From Massalongia carnosa (taxonomy: Eukaryota): a stretch of 64,000 nt of DNA. Positions 1 to 12,731 of the stretch are shown in pieces. The notes below the pieces were generated by a model. The model worked only from the letters and a program-made list of their open reading frames with translations, had not been told where the DNA came from and searched no databases. Where the stretch lies: the NCBI GenBank assembly GCA_965645245.1, contig OZ287072.1, positions 2,542,001-2,606,000 on the forward strand, in the 5' to 3' direction. A program made the position numbers and the translations under genes. The stretch's first letter is position 1. The number at the start of each line of letters is the position of its first letter.

Positions 1-185
1 GTAAAAACATGGCTCGAAACAGACCCGAATTTCGTGTTGGAAGAAGATGGCGATTCAGGACATGGATCGGGGAAGGACGAGCATGGGCTAAAATACTACT
101 TCAACTGCCCTCGTTCTCCTGGTCTTTCTCCTATCGAAAATTGGTGGCAGGTGCCCAAACAACGGGTAGGTCGTCAACCTCATTG
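1..185 (+). pseudogene. Tc1/mariner-type DDE transposase fragment (catalytic C-terminal part), cut off by the copia LTR
   Basis: Frame 1 from base 1 reads VKTWLETDPNFVLEEDGDSGHG..HGLKYYFNCPRSPGLSPIENWWQVPKQRVGRQPH, matching the second-Asp motif and the SPDLxPIEN motif of Tc1-like transposases; not in the ORF track. Confidence 0.75.
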
Positions 186-350
186 TGTAGAAGTATGAGG
201 TTATTCATTTTTGTTATATTAATGATTCTATAACTCTGTCCTTCTAAAGTCTAAAATCATCCAAGTCCAGGATGCGTGCCGCATACCGGAATAGGTCTAC
301 TGTTACACGTGACCATAATAATGTCTAGCGCCATAGGTTGGAATCCAACA
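186..350 (-). repeat. 3' LTR of copia A (165 bp)
   Basis: Direct repeat of 5605-5767; adjacent to the PPT (CCCCCCC on + strand). Confidence 0.95.
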
Positions 351-504
351 CCCCCCCACAAGCTATGCGCTAGCTACGTAAGAATCGCCCACGCTAACGA
401 ATCGATTTTTATCTCGTTATTTTTTGGAAGAATCAGCAGCTGTTGGTTGCATCGGTTCATTGGTAGGTTGTGGCTCCAGGTAGTGTGGCTGTGCTGATTT
501 GGCT

Positions 505-3500
505 CTAGGTCATCTGCATCTGTTCGACAAAGGTGTGGAACTTTGCGTGCGTTAGAGCCTTCGTCAGGCCGTTGGCGATCATCTCCCCAGTTGGCACGTA
601 GGTCAACTCGATTCTCTTTGCCTCCACCTCGTCTCGGATGTAATGGTGCTGGATATCGATGTGTTTGGTCCTGGCATGGAATACTGGGTTGTGTGCCAGA
701 GCAAGAGATCCTTGGTTGTCACCTTTGAGTGAAACAGTGGGGTCTCCGTCGCTGGGCTTGAGGCTGTTGAGGTCTCTGTTGATCGCTTGTACGCACGAGT
801 TCTTGTTGGAGACCTTGATCTCAGCATGCTGTTGGTCCGCTTCCAACACCCCAAGCTCTGTGAGGAGTAGACGAAGCCAGGTGGCTTCTTTGGCGGTCAG
901 CGTGAGTGCGATGTATTCCGCTTCTGTGGAAGAGAGAGCAACTATTAATTGCCTTTTAGAGCACCAGCTTATCGGTCCCCCGTTCAGCATAAAGATGAAA
1001 CCGGATGTTGACTTCCGGCTGTCCTTGTCACCTGCTCAATCCGAGTCCGAATAGCCTTCGATTTTCAGTTCTTCATCCCCCCCATAGGTTACGCCTCGAT
1101 GTTTCGAGCCCTTGAGGTATTTGAGGATGGTTTTGACTGCTTCGGTGTGCTGATGGCTCGGGTTCTTGGCAAAGCGACTTACGAGGGACGTGGCGAAGGC
1201 AATATCTGGTCTGGTCTCTACCATGGAGAACATTATGGACCCCGTCATTCCTTGGTATCTCTCCTTCTCTGGTGGTGAGGCTTCTCCTTCCTCGCGTTGG
1301 GAGAGTGGCACAGATTCTTTCATCGGGGTGTTGACGGGGTTGGCTTTGTCAAGATGGAATCTCTCCAACACTTTTTCGATGTAGGCCGGTTGAGACAGTT
1401 TGATGGTTCGTTGCTTTCGATCCCGATCTATTCTCAATCCTAGGTAAAAGCTGATGGGACCCATATCTGACATAGAGAATGCAGCTGTGAGTTCTGCTTT
1501 GACTCGCTTGATTATCCCACTGTCCTTTAGCGCCAATCTTGATGTCATCTACGAAGACGCTGAGTATGGGGCCTTTCAGCCCTGCACCCGATACGAATAT
1601 ACTGTGGTCTGCGTGGATGCGTTTCAAGCCTAATTTCTTGAGGAGGAAGGCTAAAAAGCGTTCGTACCAGAGGCGGGGAGATTGTTTGAGGCCGTAGATA
1701 GCTTTCAACAGTTTGCAAAACATATTCTTTGTGGCTTCTGTCTCAGTTCCCTTTGGAATCTCCATATATATCAGTTGATCAATGAGGCCATAGAGAAAAG
1801 CCGTTTTTACGTCCATCTGGTCGATGTCCAGGTCGAAGAAGGCGGCAAGGGCGAACAGGGTTCTGAAGGCCATTGACTTCACCACGGATGCGTAGGTTTG
1901 ATCGAAATCAACACCAAACTGTTATAGGTACCTTTTGATAACCCATCTGGCTTTGAATCTAGATACCTTGCCTTCGACATCACGTTTGACCTTGTACACC
2001 CACTTCCCCCCCAGAGGTCGATGACCTGACTCCATCTCGTTCTTTGGTATGAGAACCCAGGTCTTGTTTTCGTGTAGAGAGTCTATTTCTTCTTTCATTG
2101 CCTGTGCCCACTGCGAGGCGTGGGGGCATTGCATTGCCCTGTTGTATGACTCAGGTTCTTCGACATCTAATTGGGTGGCAAGGACGTAGTCTCCATTACT
2201 TTGGGCGTTGGCCTGAATGAGCCTCTAAGTTAAGATTCTGTATGGGTCGTCGTCTGCGTCATGACCGTCCTCCTCGCATTCGATGTTTGTCAGGAACGCG
2301 TTTGCTTTTTCCTCCGAGTTGTGTTCCCAGTCAAGGTCTAGCAGCTTGCTGAGATGTACTATCAGATCTTGATCTTGAGCCTTTTGTGTAGGCCTAATCA
2401 TTCGGCCAGACCGAGACTTCCTTGTCTCCGTAGTTTCATTTGACGCTCCAGTAGTTTCATCTCTAGTAGTGACCTTTCGGCCCTTCCTAGGGGTTACTTT
2501 GCTGGGAGTTGACTCGCTTGCACCTGTTGCATTGTTGACCTTTCGGCCTACATCCAACATCTGTGTGTCGCTCGTCGCCTCGTCATCGTCATCGGAGAGT
2601 AAGAAACCTGAGAAGGTGGGAGTGTTTTTGTATTCAGGAAGCTCGGTGGACGTCTTGGCCTCGTAGTCTTCAAAGATTCTGAGATCTTTGATGCGAATGT
2701 CTTTGTTCTGTTCTCGGATGTGGACTCTGTAGATTGTGTGACCATCGTATCCAACAAGAGTACCGCGTAAGGCTCGTGGGTTCCACTTCTCAGACTTTAA
2801 GGCTCGTTCCTCTTCGTGTAGGAGAACGTACACTGTCGAGCCTAACACTCGGAGGTGTTGGATATCTGGGTGGATTTTCTACTGTGCATGGTAGGGGTTG
2901 TCTCCACCTAAAGCCTTCGTGTGGCGAACGTTTTTGACGTACGTCATCGCAAGAACAATTTCAGGCCACAGCTCGTCATCAAGGCTTCCCTCTAGGATTG
3001 TCGCTCTTGTCATATCCATGATGGTTCTTCCCATTCGTTCTGACACGCCGTTTTGTTCCTGAGAGTACGGTGCTGAGGGTTCAAAAGTGATGCCCTTCTT
3101 CGCAAACCATTCCTCTACCCTTTTGCTCTGCAGTTCTGATCCATAGTCTGAACGTAGGCGTTCGACTAGTCTCCCCTTGTGTGACCTGGTTTTGCAGAGG
3201 TTGTAGAAGGTCTTGAGACATTTGAACCAATCGCTTTTCCGGGCACCAGTGTACACTTCGGTATATCGCGTGAAGTCATCCGTAAATGTGAAGAAGTATC
3301 TCTCTCCTCCAAAACCAACAGGGTTGATGGGACCTACTAGGTCTGTGTGTATAAACTGGTACGCCTCGCTTGCTCGTTTCTGAGGCTCGTGGCGGTTGTA
3401 GATTTTTGTGGCTTTCGCACGTTGGCAGCTGTCACACTCGTACTTTTCTGAGTCGTCCACGTAGTCGATCTCGAGTTTGTGGAGATGTTGCTTCAGTGAG

Positions 3501-4033
3501 GGGAAGTTGAGGTGGCCGAGTCGTTTGTGCCAGGTGGTGAGAGGGAGTTTTGATGAGGTGGTGGTCCTGTAGGCGTGTGGTGGCCACTCGAACGTATTGT
3601 CGTCGATCTGCTTTAGATGAGTTGCAGAGACAGAGAGGTTGAGAGGGTGAAGAAGGAAGCTGGTCCTCCACCTTTCGGCGTAAGCCAGAGTTTCCTTTGT
3701 TCTTCTATCATAGAGTGTCTCGTTCTCATTATCATAGAAAATTCCATGAATGTTGAGAAGGCCGAGGCTGACAAGATTAGAAGGACTGTGGGGAAGGAAA
3801 AACACGTTGTTCAGGTTCAGGATCACTCCTTCGCGACCGTCTTTCAGGCTGAGGCGAAGGCGCACCTTTCCACGGCCTGGTGAAACCCCATCTGCAGTTG
3901 AGCCTCCGATCTGGGTAGGCTTTTCGTGGTACTCAGTCATCAAGCTTCGATCATTGCACACGTGCACGTCCGCCGCGCTGTCAACCAGCCAGGAAGCGTC
4001 TCTCGGCCCTTTGACCGCTAGCACCTTTGGTTG
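505..4033 (-). pseudogene. pol: copia A pol (protease, GAG-pre-integrase/integrase, RT, RNase H) with stops and frameshifts
   Basis: WLVDSAA protease; WHKRLGH..CDSC and HTDLVGP..SDYGSE..QNGVSER integrase; [46 protein letters not shown] RNase H; split over ORFs 2879-4024, 2225-2848, 1922-2134, 1349-1885, 1036-1548, 505-990. Confidence 0.95.
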
Positions 4034-4990
4034 TCAACTTTCGCGGGACGGGGTCTCGGAAGGGCTCTCTGTCTGGCTTTGGAGGTTTTGCCTAGAGCCT
4101 TTTGTTCTCATCTGGTGCAGCGAGTGTTTTGGCCGAAGTTCGGGGTATCTCAGGAAACAACGGTCTGTGTAGTGCTGTGTATTTCCCTTCTTGATGTAAT
4201 CTGGGTTTGTGCAGGTCCCCGGGGGTGCTCGATTACTAGGCTTTGGTGGTTTGGAGGTGAAGAGTGCCGATTGTTTGGGTGTGCCGGATTGTCCTGGAGT
4301 TTGGTCGTTCTCTTTCCTGATTTCTGCAAACCGGATAAGCTTTTTAGTGCTCTCGGCGATGTTTGTGTTCCCCATTTTCCACTCTGTCTCCATCATGGAG
4401 ACGATCCCCGAGTATTCGTTTCCCATTCCAGTGAGCAGTCCTGCCTGCAGGAGTACCTCGGCTCCTTTTGCGGGAATCTCGGAATCAGTGGGAATGAGGC
4501 CGCACACAGTGTCGTAGGCCTCTTGGTATTTGCTGCAATATTCGTGAATGTCTGTGCAGTCCGATAGTCGTAATTTGGTGGTCTCCAGGATGAGTCGCGA
4601 GATGCTCATTGGAGAGATGTGCTGAAATTTCGTTTGTAGGGTTTCCCACATTTCCTTGGCCTCTTTGCCCTCGATAGCTGCTTGGTGTTTGGAGGCTACC
4701 GAGTTTTTGATGATGCCCTCCGCTTTGCTCAGGGAGGCTCGGTGCTCTTTAATTTCGGTGGAGAGGGCAGTCCAGAGTGCTTGGGCCGTCATTTCGGTGG
4801 GTTTGAAGCCCATGGCTATGATGTCCGATCTGACGGACTCCTTCGTTGGCTCTGGCTTTCCGGTGACTGCCCAGGCGCAGTTCTTCTGCTTGAGCTCTCC
4901 CAGAATGTAGGATCGCCATAATGTATAGTTCTCGGAGCCTTGGAGAATGATGCGGGGAGCCTTCTCCTGCTCTTCTCGTCGGTCTGACAT
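4034..4990 (-). CDS. gag: copia A Gag
   Basis: Open frame from ATG at 4990 (MSDRREEQEK..ENYTLWRS..AKEMWETLQTKF) with a degenerate Zn-knuckle (CTNPDY..HYTDRC), ending in TGA in frame with pol. Confidence 0.85.
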   Translation of the reverse strand: MSDRREEQEKAPRIILQGSENYTLWRSYILGELKQKNCAWAVTGKPEPTKESVRSDIIAMGFKPTEMTAQALWTALSTEIKEHRASLSKAEGIIKNSVASKHQAAIEGKEAKEMWETLQTKFQHISPMSISRLILETTKLRLSDCTDIHEYCSKYQEAYDTVCGLIPTDSEIPAKGAEVLLQAGLLTGMGNEYSGIVSMMETEWKMGNTNIAESTKKLIRFAEIRKENDQTPGQSGTPKQSALFTSKPPKPSNRAPPGTCTNPDYIKKGNTQHYTDRCFLRYPELRPKHSLHQMRTKGSRQNLQSQTESPSETPSRES

Positions 4991-5070
4991 TTTGTGGTTT
5001 TTTGGGCGAAGATTTCTCAACGCCTTTGGGTTGTAGGAAGGTGGGTTGCCTTGTAGCTGTTGTGGTATGC

Positions 5071-5365
5071 GAGCGTCTTCGCTTCGTAACCTTTGGTATA
5101 TGAGCAAGTTCTCCGCCTCGTAGCCTTCGGTATGTGAGCGTTCTGCTTCGTATGAGCGTCTTCGCCTCGTAGCCGTCTGGTATGTGAGCGTCTTCGCTTC
5201 GTAACCTTTGGTATATGAGCAAGTTCTCCGCCTCGTAGCCTTCGGTATGTGAGCGTTCTGCTTCGTATGAGCGTCTTCGCCTCGTAGCCATCTGGTATGT
5301 GAGCGTTTGCCTCGTAGCCTTTGGTATATGAGCGTTCTACTTCGTATCCTTTCAGTATGTGGGCG
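5071..5365. repeat. Tandem repeat in the copia A leader: ~30-bp monomers forming a duplicated 115-bp unit
   Basis: GAGCGTCTTCGCTTCGTAACCTTTGGTATATGAGCAAGTTCTCCGCCTCGTAGCC... starts at both 5071 and 5186. Confidence 0.9.
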
Positions 5366-5604
5366 TAGCACTCTTCCTATCTATTGTGGTAGGTGGTCAG
5401 GCGCATTGGCTTGATTCCACACCGCCATTTCAGAATTGGCTCCTTTTGGTAGCCAAGTGGTCTTAACCCTCCTGCCTCAAACCATTCCTCCTTTTCGGGT
5501 AGGAAGTTCTTCGTTCTAGGTGCTTTGCTCTGGGGGGTGTGGGGTATTTGTGGCCTGTCGCTAGCGAAGATTAATGAGCTTATGCGCTGGCCGGGCTCAT
5601 AACC

Positions 5605-5767
5605 TGTAGAAGTATGAGGTTATTCATTGTTGTTATATTTATGATTCTATGACTCTACTTCTAAGGTCTGAAATCCTCCTAGTCCAGGATGCGTGCCGCA
5701 TACCGGAATAGGTCTACTGTTACACGTGACCATAATAATGTCTAGCGCCATAGGTTGGTATCCAACA
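5605..5767 (-). repeat. 5' LTR of copia A (163 bp)
   Basis: TG..CA direct repeat of 186-350, abutting the PBS. Confidence 0.95.
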
Positions 5768-6222
5768 TCACCCATCATCACGAAAGCTCGCTCTGCAGTT
5801 GTTTAGGGTGCCCTCGGACGGTTCGCGGGACCCGTGTTGGATGAATCTATCGCCCGAGCACTTTTGTCGGAGCATCTCGTATCGGTGCAATTTTCGGAGC
5901 ATCTCGAACAACATGAGTGTCTTGAACGAGTTCGGTAAACTCGGGTCATGGGGCGGTTTCCTTGTCGTGGACGTACTGATCGGTCAAGCTTGTCGCAGGT
6001 ACGATTAAGATCTTCGTTCGCAACGGTTCTCGGTCCGAATACGGACCGTCATCCATGAAGGCCTTGTCGCCAGATGTCCCATGGCTATCATCAAACAGCT
6101 CGATGCCTTGGTCAATGATAGCCCGGATCCAAACGTGGCAGAATTCGCAGCTCAGAGAAACCCACCTGGGACTACTCGTCACGAACACCAACGCATTTGG
6201 ATCGATGCATTCCGTAATGTTC

Positions 6223-6257
<35 letters not shown>

Positions 6258-7274
6258 TTCTCATTTCGATACGTCCGTGATTGCCGACCGACTCACGCGA
6301 GCAAAGTGATTCGGAGGGCGAGAGATGCAAACACCGACCATGGTGAAAGTCTTGCAACCGAACGCGAGGCAGCATCAGTTCTCCTGTCCTCCCAACCCTG
6401 TTGTCTCCAAGCGCTAGGATCGGTTTAAAGTGAAGAGAGAGGCGAAGGGAGCATCATCGAAGCGCTGATGTGGATCACCAGTCATCGTTCTAGTTACTCT
6501 GTACTATTCTTTGATCGTTGTTTTTGGCCATAACGATATCATTGCATTTCTTTGAGATGGTTGCGGATCATGTGTGGATGTTCGAGGACGCTTGCCAGGA
6601 TCCACGAATCACGGCTTTGTGTTGTATGACTAATACATGACTAATGCATTAGCGAAAGCGCCTCCACAACCCGTTTCATTTCCTTTTCTGACCATGAAAC
6701 ACTCAACCCGGCGCGTGGGCGCGTGGGGGCTCAACTTGTCTCTTTTGTCTCTCTTGTCTTTCCTTTCTGGTCGCAATCTGATCAGCGACGCAGGCCTCGA
6801 CAATACACGATTCCTGATTCGGATTGTGAACCCCTCCTCCCAACGCTGCATCGCAAATTGCTTCTGCAGGTACGTAAAAGCGTGAATTCATCCCTCTCGA
6901 CTCTATCCTTACTCGGTACGCATGTATAAATGATTAGGAGGAACGTCGGGGCGGAAGGCTTGTCCCAAGTGGTGTACTATTGATTCATATTCATGCGAGG
7001 GGCGGTGCAACCAACGGTCTATCAGATCGGTCCCATTGGCGGTTCAGCCGCCGAGTGTAGATGAACGCATTGCGTCCAGGATCGTTATCAGTAGTATTTC
7101 GTTCTGGCCCCCAATGCGACCGAAAAAAGGAGATAGGAGGCAGGAGGAGGTAGGAGGAGGTAGGAGAGACACTTAAAAGGTCGAGTCTTTCGTTTTGCGA
7201 TGGCGATATCTTACAAACCATCACTCGAACTTCTCTCGCTAGTGTGCTCGAACTCCTACCAAGATTGATTCATC

Positions 7275-8023
7275 ATGCCTTTCTTCCTATCTGCGACACT
7301 TGCAACGCTCGTGCTACTGCCGATGCATGCCTTGACCCAGAACACCGTTCCGGACCTTGGAATCCTCCAGTTGATGACACCAACGCTGCATGCCAGCCAG
7401 TTCCCCCTAGACGCTGTACGTATAGATTTCCTTCACTTTCCCTCAACCCACCTAAGAAATCCCCCTAATTCCTTCGCTAGATCGAAACCCTCTCGGCCGA
7501 CGCCATCACGTTCTTTGGCAATTACCGAGATATCGACACCTTTAACCTCGCCTCGGCCGTAGAGGTCGCCGTCCTCTCCGCCGGCCCCAACGTCAACAAA
7601 CTCGCTGCGGACTCCGGTCCCCTCGCCACCATCTACTTCAAGGACGCCATGACCTCCCTCCTGGACGACCCCACGGCGTACCTAACCCGGCTTCACGCCT
7701 CGGCCTCGCCGTGGCCGTTCTCGTCCGCCATGATGTCGCAGGCGAGCGGCATTCTCCTCGGCTACGAATCCCTGGTCAGCCGCGACCTACTCAAAGCCAC
7801 CAACGTCCCCACCGTGACGCCGGGGATACGCATCAACGTGGGCGCGGGAGCGGTGGCCAAGGGAGCCACCGCCACCGCCACCGCCACCGCTGGGAATGCT
7901 GGTGGCACACCATCCACCTCAACCTCCAAGGGAATGGGCATCCCGGCGGCGACGGGGAACCCACAGCTTGTGGTCGCCGCGGCGGCGGCGGTCGCGGGTG
8001 TGATGGGCATCATTGCGCTGTAG
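7275..8023 (+). CDS. Secreted, probably GPI-anchored protein (~227 aa; exons 7275-7415 and 7481-8023)
   Basis: Signal peptide MPFFLSATLATLVLLPMHALTQ; intron GTACGT..CTAAT..TAG (7416-7480) joins it in frame to ORF 7649-8023; Ala/Thr/Ser-rich stalk and hydrophobic C-terminus (STSKGMG..VVAAAAAVAGVMGIIAL). Confidence 0.85.
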
Positions 8024-9205
8024 TTTAATCGTTCTCGACCGTGCAAGTTATGATATCTGTACATATACATTGTGAATGCATTTCTTTGCCCGACCGCCTG
8101 CTCGACTGACGCTCGGATCCCCGTGACCGATCAACGTTGGAAATCCGTCATCCATACATCGAATCATTCGATCTTTTTCTCATCGCTCGAGCTGTTCATA
8201 ATTCTAACCCCCAGTCCTAAACCCCAACCTTTTCCGTCTCATCTTGAACCCCGTCAACCTACTGTACCTAAACCCTCATTCCAATCTTCAAGCCTCCCCC
8301 ACATACCTACACCAAACCATCCCATATTATGTATGTACGGGATAATCACCCCCACAAACCGCCAAATCCTCCGCCACATCTTCCCTCTTTTTCTCCCTTT
8401 CTTTATATACATCTATATCTATGTGTATATATATATATAACAGCAAACAACCAATCCACCAACAAACATTTCCCTTCCAAAAAAAAAAAACCACCGTAGT
8501 CACACATCCGCACCAAACCATCAACATCAACATCACGATGTGTCGCGATTAGGGTTTTTGTTTTTTTTACTTAATTTATGCATAGCGTGACAGAAGATTC
8601 CGGGCGAATGAGAGGGAAAGAGTGAAGATCGATTGTTTATTGATTTATTGATTCGGGCAAGGGAGAGAGCTGATGGGTCTGGTCTGGTCTGGAAGTGTTT
8701 GATGATGATGATGATGATGATGATAATTAATGATTAAAGAGCAGGAGGAGAGAGGGGGTTGGGGAGTTTTGAGGAGTTGCCTTGATTGATTGATTGCATC
8801 TCGTTCGTTCTTTCTTCTTTTCTGTAATTGTAGTCAACATTTATTGATTTATGGTTTTTTATTCGTAATTAATTCCCTAGGGCTTATTGTTATATCTACT
8901 CGAGTACTCTGTTACTCGGCAATGGATTTTGGGGGGGGGGTTGTTTTTCTCGCAATGCATAAAGTTCCAGGTGAGGGGAGTTTTGTTGGATGTGTGAAGA
9001 CTAACGGACGGAGTAATATAATATGTAGTAATAGTAATATGATGATACTTAGTTGAACGAGTGTGAGAGAATTACAAGATCTCGACGGAAAAAAAACGCT
9101 TTTCCTTTCTTTTCGGAAACGGGGCTAAAACAATTCCAAATCCTGTTCAGTGACATAACGGGGAGTTCTTCATTGCGGGGGTTTGTGTTTGTTGTCACAG
9201 CGGAC

Positions 9206-10030
9206 TTAACAGCTCCCGTCACGAACAATGACGTTGTAACCCTTCCGGTCGAAAAACTGGCCCTTGGTACGCCGGATCCCACGTCCAATACCGTACGTGC
9301 AGTCGTTGCCAATGAGCGCAGCGTAAGCTCCCATGTCGTTGGTGGGTTGTTGTGCGTTGTTACTCTGCCGGAGAGGCAATACATATTAATAACATGTCCA
9401 GTATCTGTGGATCTCTATCTAGAAAGGACTCACCGTGCACCACCAGATTGCCGAGTTATAGGAGCAGCTAATCTGGCCACAGCTGCCTGGACTCATGGAT
9501 AACCTGTCCGACCCAGGGAATCCGCGTAGATAGTTGGCTCCATCACTGATAGCTCCGGCGTCCCCCGCTCCGAACTGCGGAGGCCAGGTGCAGTGATTAT
9601 AGCCATCCTGCTAGGGTTAGCTTGCGTTGGGTCCAGGATTTATGAGGGGCTTACCCATCCGGATGTTGATCCTGCATCTCTCTTGACAATAGGAGCTTCT
9701 TTCATCACGGAGTTGTAGTCGGGATTTATGGCTTGAATATGTGGGAGGACTTTCTGTTCATGGATTTTAGTCTCTCAATCATTGTTGGCAAGGGGATTAT
9801 GCTTCTATACTTCCAGGGTTCCGGTAAAGTTTGTCGGCGTGCCGTCGGCGGCTGTCACGTGCCAGTTGACTTCACCTACGGGATAGGGAAGCCCTGCAGT
9901 ACCAGTGGCCGCTGCGGAGACCTGTTTGGGCCGTTCTGTTAGCAGGTGGCTTTCGGAGATAGAAAACACGCACAAGTTGGGCACTTAGAGCTAGACTCGC
10001 AAGGACAACCGAAGTCTTGAAGGCCGACAT
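9206..10030 (-). CDS. Small secreted 6-Cys protein (~200 aa, 5 exons), effector-like
   Basis: Exons 10030-9974, 9921-9811, 9753-9655, 9610(or 9607)-9434, 9364-9206 joined by phase-0 GT..AG introns give MSAFKTSVVLASLALSAQLVSAA..IVKR|DAG..NHC..ISDGANYLRG..PGSCGQISCSYNSAIWWC..IGNDC..KGQFFDRKGYNVIVRDGSC*; signal peptide and Kex2 KR site. Confidence 0.88.
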
Positions 10031-12731
10031 GGTTGTAGGGAAGTTTGCGAGTAACTAATTGAAATCAAGCTTTGTGAGAGTGAATAGTTGAAATCAAGCT
10101 TTGTGAGAGTGAACGATTGATATCAAGCTGGGGAAAGTGGATGATTGAGGAAGAAACTGTGGGAATTTCAACAGATTTTATAGATGGTGATCAAGGCATG
10201 AGGATAGAACGCGTCTCGCAGACCTACGAGCGGAATGTAAGAACCACTTACAGCTGGCCAAACGTAGCAAGCTGGAGAAGTAAGCTTTATCGTTCATCGC
10301 GTCGTATCGTTCTCAGACGGAGACATCTTTCTTCATGGATATGCCATATACCAATGAAGACTTGTTGCCTACACTTCAGCCTTGACGTAGTTCGCGTCGT
10401 GCAGTCGTTCGAGAGACATTCTAGTTCAAGCCCATGGACCATTTGCGGAATTCCTTGCGAACTAGAGCATGGGTCTTATGAGTCGTTTGATCATCCGCCC
10501 CGACTACGTAAGTCGCCTGTTGCTTGTTATTGGTCAGGCGCATGGCTGACATCAGCCGCGGGTAGGCCTGAGGAGGGGTTTATAGCGTAGCTCTCGCTTT
10601 ATATATTTCATGCAGTGCAGGAGGCTGAGAGGTGCAGTCTTGCGAGATAGAAAGGCTGGGCTGACGTTGGATGGCGGATGATCGCGTCCCTTAGGCGCCC
10701 AGCGAGTAACTCTATTCTGTACGTTTTGTCAGATTTGTTGACGGTCAAAGAGCTAGTTCCCTCTAAACAACCCTATAAACAATCACGAGAAGAATTTTTA
10801 CTTGCCCCTACCCACATCCTCTATCTGCGGTCATCATGAATCTTGCCCCTCTCGCTGTCTATCAGCTCCCAATCGAAAAACGTTGCGATCACTGAATGGA
10901 TAGACAGAGTTGCGACCGAGGAAAGGTTCGTTCGGTCTCATGGGCAGAAACGCTCACATGAAGTCTTCAGAATTGATGCGAATATGTCGGACTGCTAGAT
11001 CAGCCTTAGTTATCCCGCAGAGCCGCTTTCTATCACATCACGAGTATTTACGACAGCGTACATCATGGCATCGTTTGTGACAATCATAGCACTTTTGAGT
11101 AATCGGTTCTACCGAGTCTTCATACTCCGTACCGAGTACCTTGCTGATCCTCAGTTCATGTACAAGTACCAAGAACAACCCCTCCACACAACAACTTCCG
11201 CCCCCCCCCTCCAAACAAGCCTTTGATGCCTGCGGAACGAGACCACGTGCACCAACCAAAGACCACCCCGACAGTATGCACCTTACCTGTTCTTGTCACC
11301 TGTTTGGTGTGAGATCGTTGAAAGCTGTGATGCTCCCCACCCCGCCTTTACGGCCCGTAATTGATACTTTCATGATTACGCGAGCCTAGTTCTCCAAAGG
11401 CAGAGGAATATAGGAAGTTGTTCGGATGCTACTGACTTTCGTGCGGCTTTTTTGACGACTTGCGCATTCATTGTTATTACTAAGACTTCTATCAAAGATT
11501 ATACACAGCATATACGAAGTTTTCAAATGCTAATCAAACTGCTTCGACAATTCAACATGAGTATATGATCGACCATCCAACAACGCATATATTCTTCACC
11601 CTAAAATATGCGCAGATAGATTGAGTGTGAGGCGGTTCAAATCAATGAGAGTGTATAGACTGTTTGTTTCACTTTGTTTGAGATTGAGGTTGGGCTTGTT
11701 GAGGGGTGAGTGGGATTATTTGTCAATATCTGAGTCGATAAGGTCAGTTGGAGAGGTTGAGGTAGGAGCGCAAGCGGAGGATGCGGATGACCCAACAAGT
11801 TGCACGTCAGGAAAGTAGCCATGATTGTAACAACGACATATGAACTTGTGAGATTGGTTTTGGCGCTGGCAACGTCAATTCTACTGAGGGCTTTGTCGAA
11901 GACGACATAGACTAATTTGAGCGCGGAAGTTCCTAGGTGGAAACCCGAATGGTCTAGAACTATAGTATACAGTCCTGGGTTCCCGGTAGAACATTTAAAG
12001 ACAAAGTTTAGTGGGAAAAAGGATGTTTGACGAGTTATGCGCCAAGCTCATTCTTGGATTGAACATCAATTCCGATACAGGCACGGAGATCAAAGTATGG
12101 GTAATCTTGTAACTGGAGGTTTCAAAATTGTCAGTGACTCCAAATTGAAGACGTTTCGAAAAATCCAGAACTGTGAGAGCGGGAAGCAACACATACTATA
12201 ATGAAACTTCTCGATACCTACGCCGCCGGAAGAGAATGTTATCTGTACTGAGTCTACAGATATTCAAAAGTTCGTCAAGACGAAGTCCCTGGATAACGGC
12301 CTGATATTGATTAGCTTCTGGTTAATGCCGAATGATACTTGCTGATACATAACTGAAGATGCTATTATACTCCTGATCGAGTTTGAGTATTAGCATTGCC
12401 TAGACATGATGGCATGGACCTTACTCTTGTAAATATACCGCGGTTTGTTAGCAGACTGTCTAAGATGTTTACGATTTTCATTGCATTTCATGTTCGTTGT
12501 ATTACTGCATAAGCCTTGCAGATGAAGCCATGGTGGAAGTTGCTTGAGGTACGATTAACTATGCCTTGTGAAAACAGTCGTATGCTGCCGGTCTCAAGGA
12601 GAATTTGTGAAACACCGATCACTTGTGAATATCCATCAGGAGATATAGATGTCTACGCATCTAGCTTTTTCTCTCTCTTCTTTCCAGTTTCACAAGGTGC
12701 AATATAACCGCTTTACAAATGTTGAAGCGAA

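Larger units (their letters stand above)
186..5767 (-). mobile_element. Ty1/copia LTR retrotransposon A, near full length, pol disrupted
   Basis: LTRs 186-350 and 5605-5767 (TG..CA); PBS GGTTATGAGCCCGG (minus, 5591-5604); G-rich PPT (minus, 351-357); order gag-PR-IN-RT-RH. No matching TSD (CATTG vs TCACC). Confidence 0.97.

Noticed and set aside
4991..5371. N-terminal extension of copia A gag
   Set aside because: Translation of the leader tandem repeat; the ATG at 4990 is the more plausible start.
5800..6430. Possible ankyrin-repeat gene remnant with a (GAT)n tract
   Set aside because: Too degenerate; no complete motif recovered.
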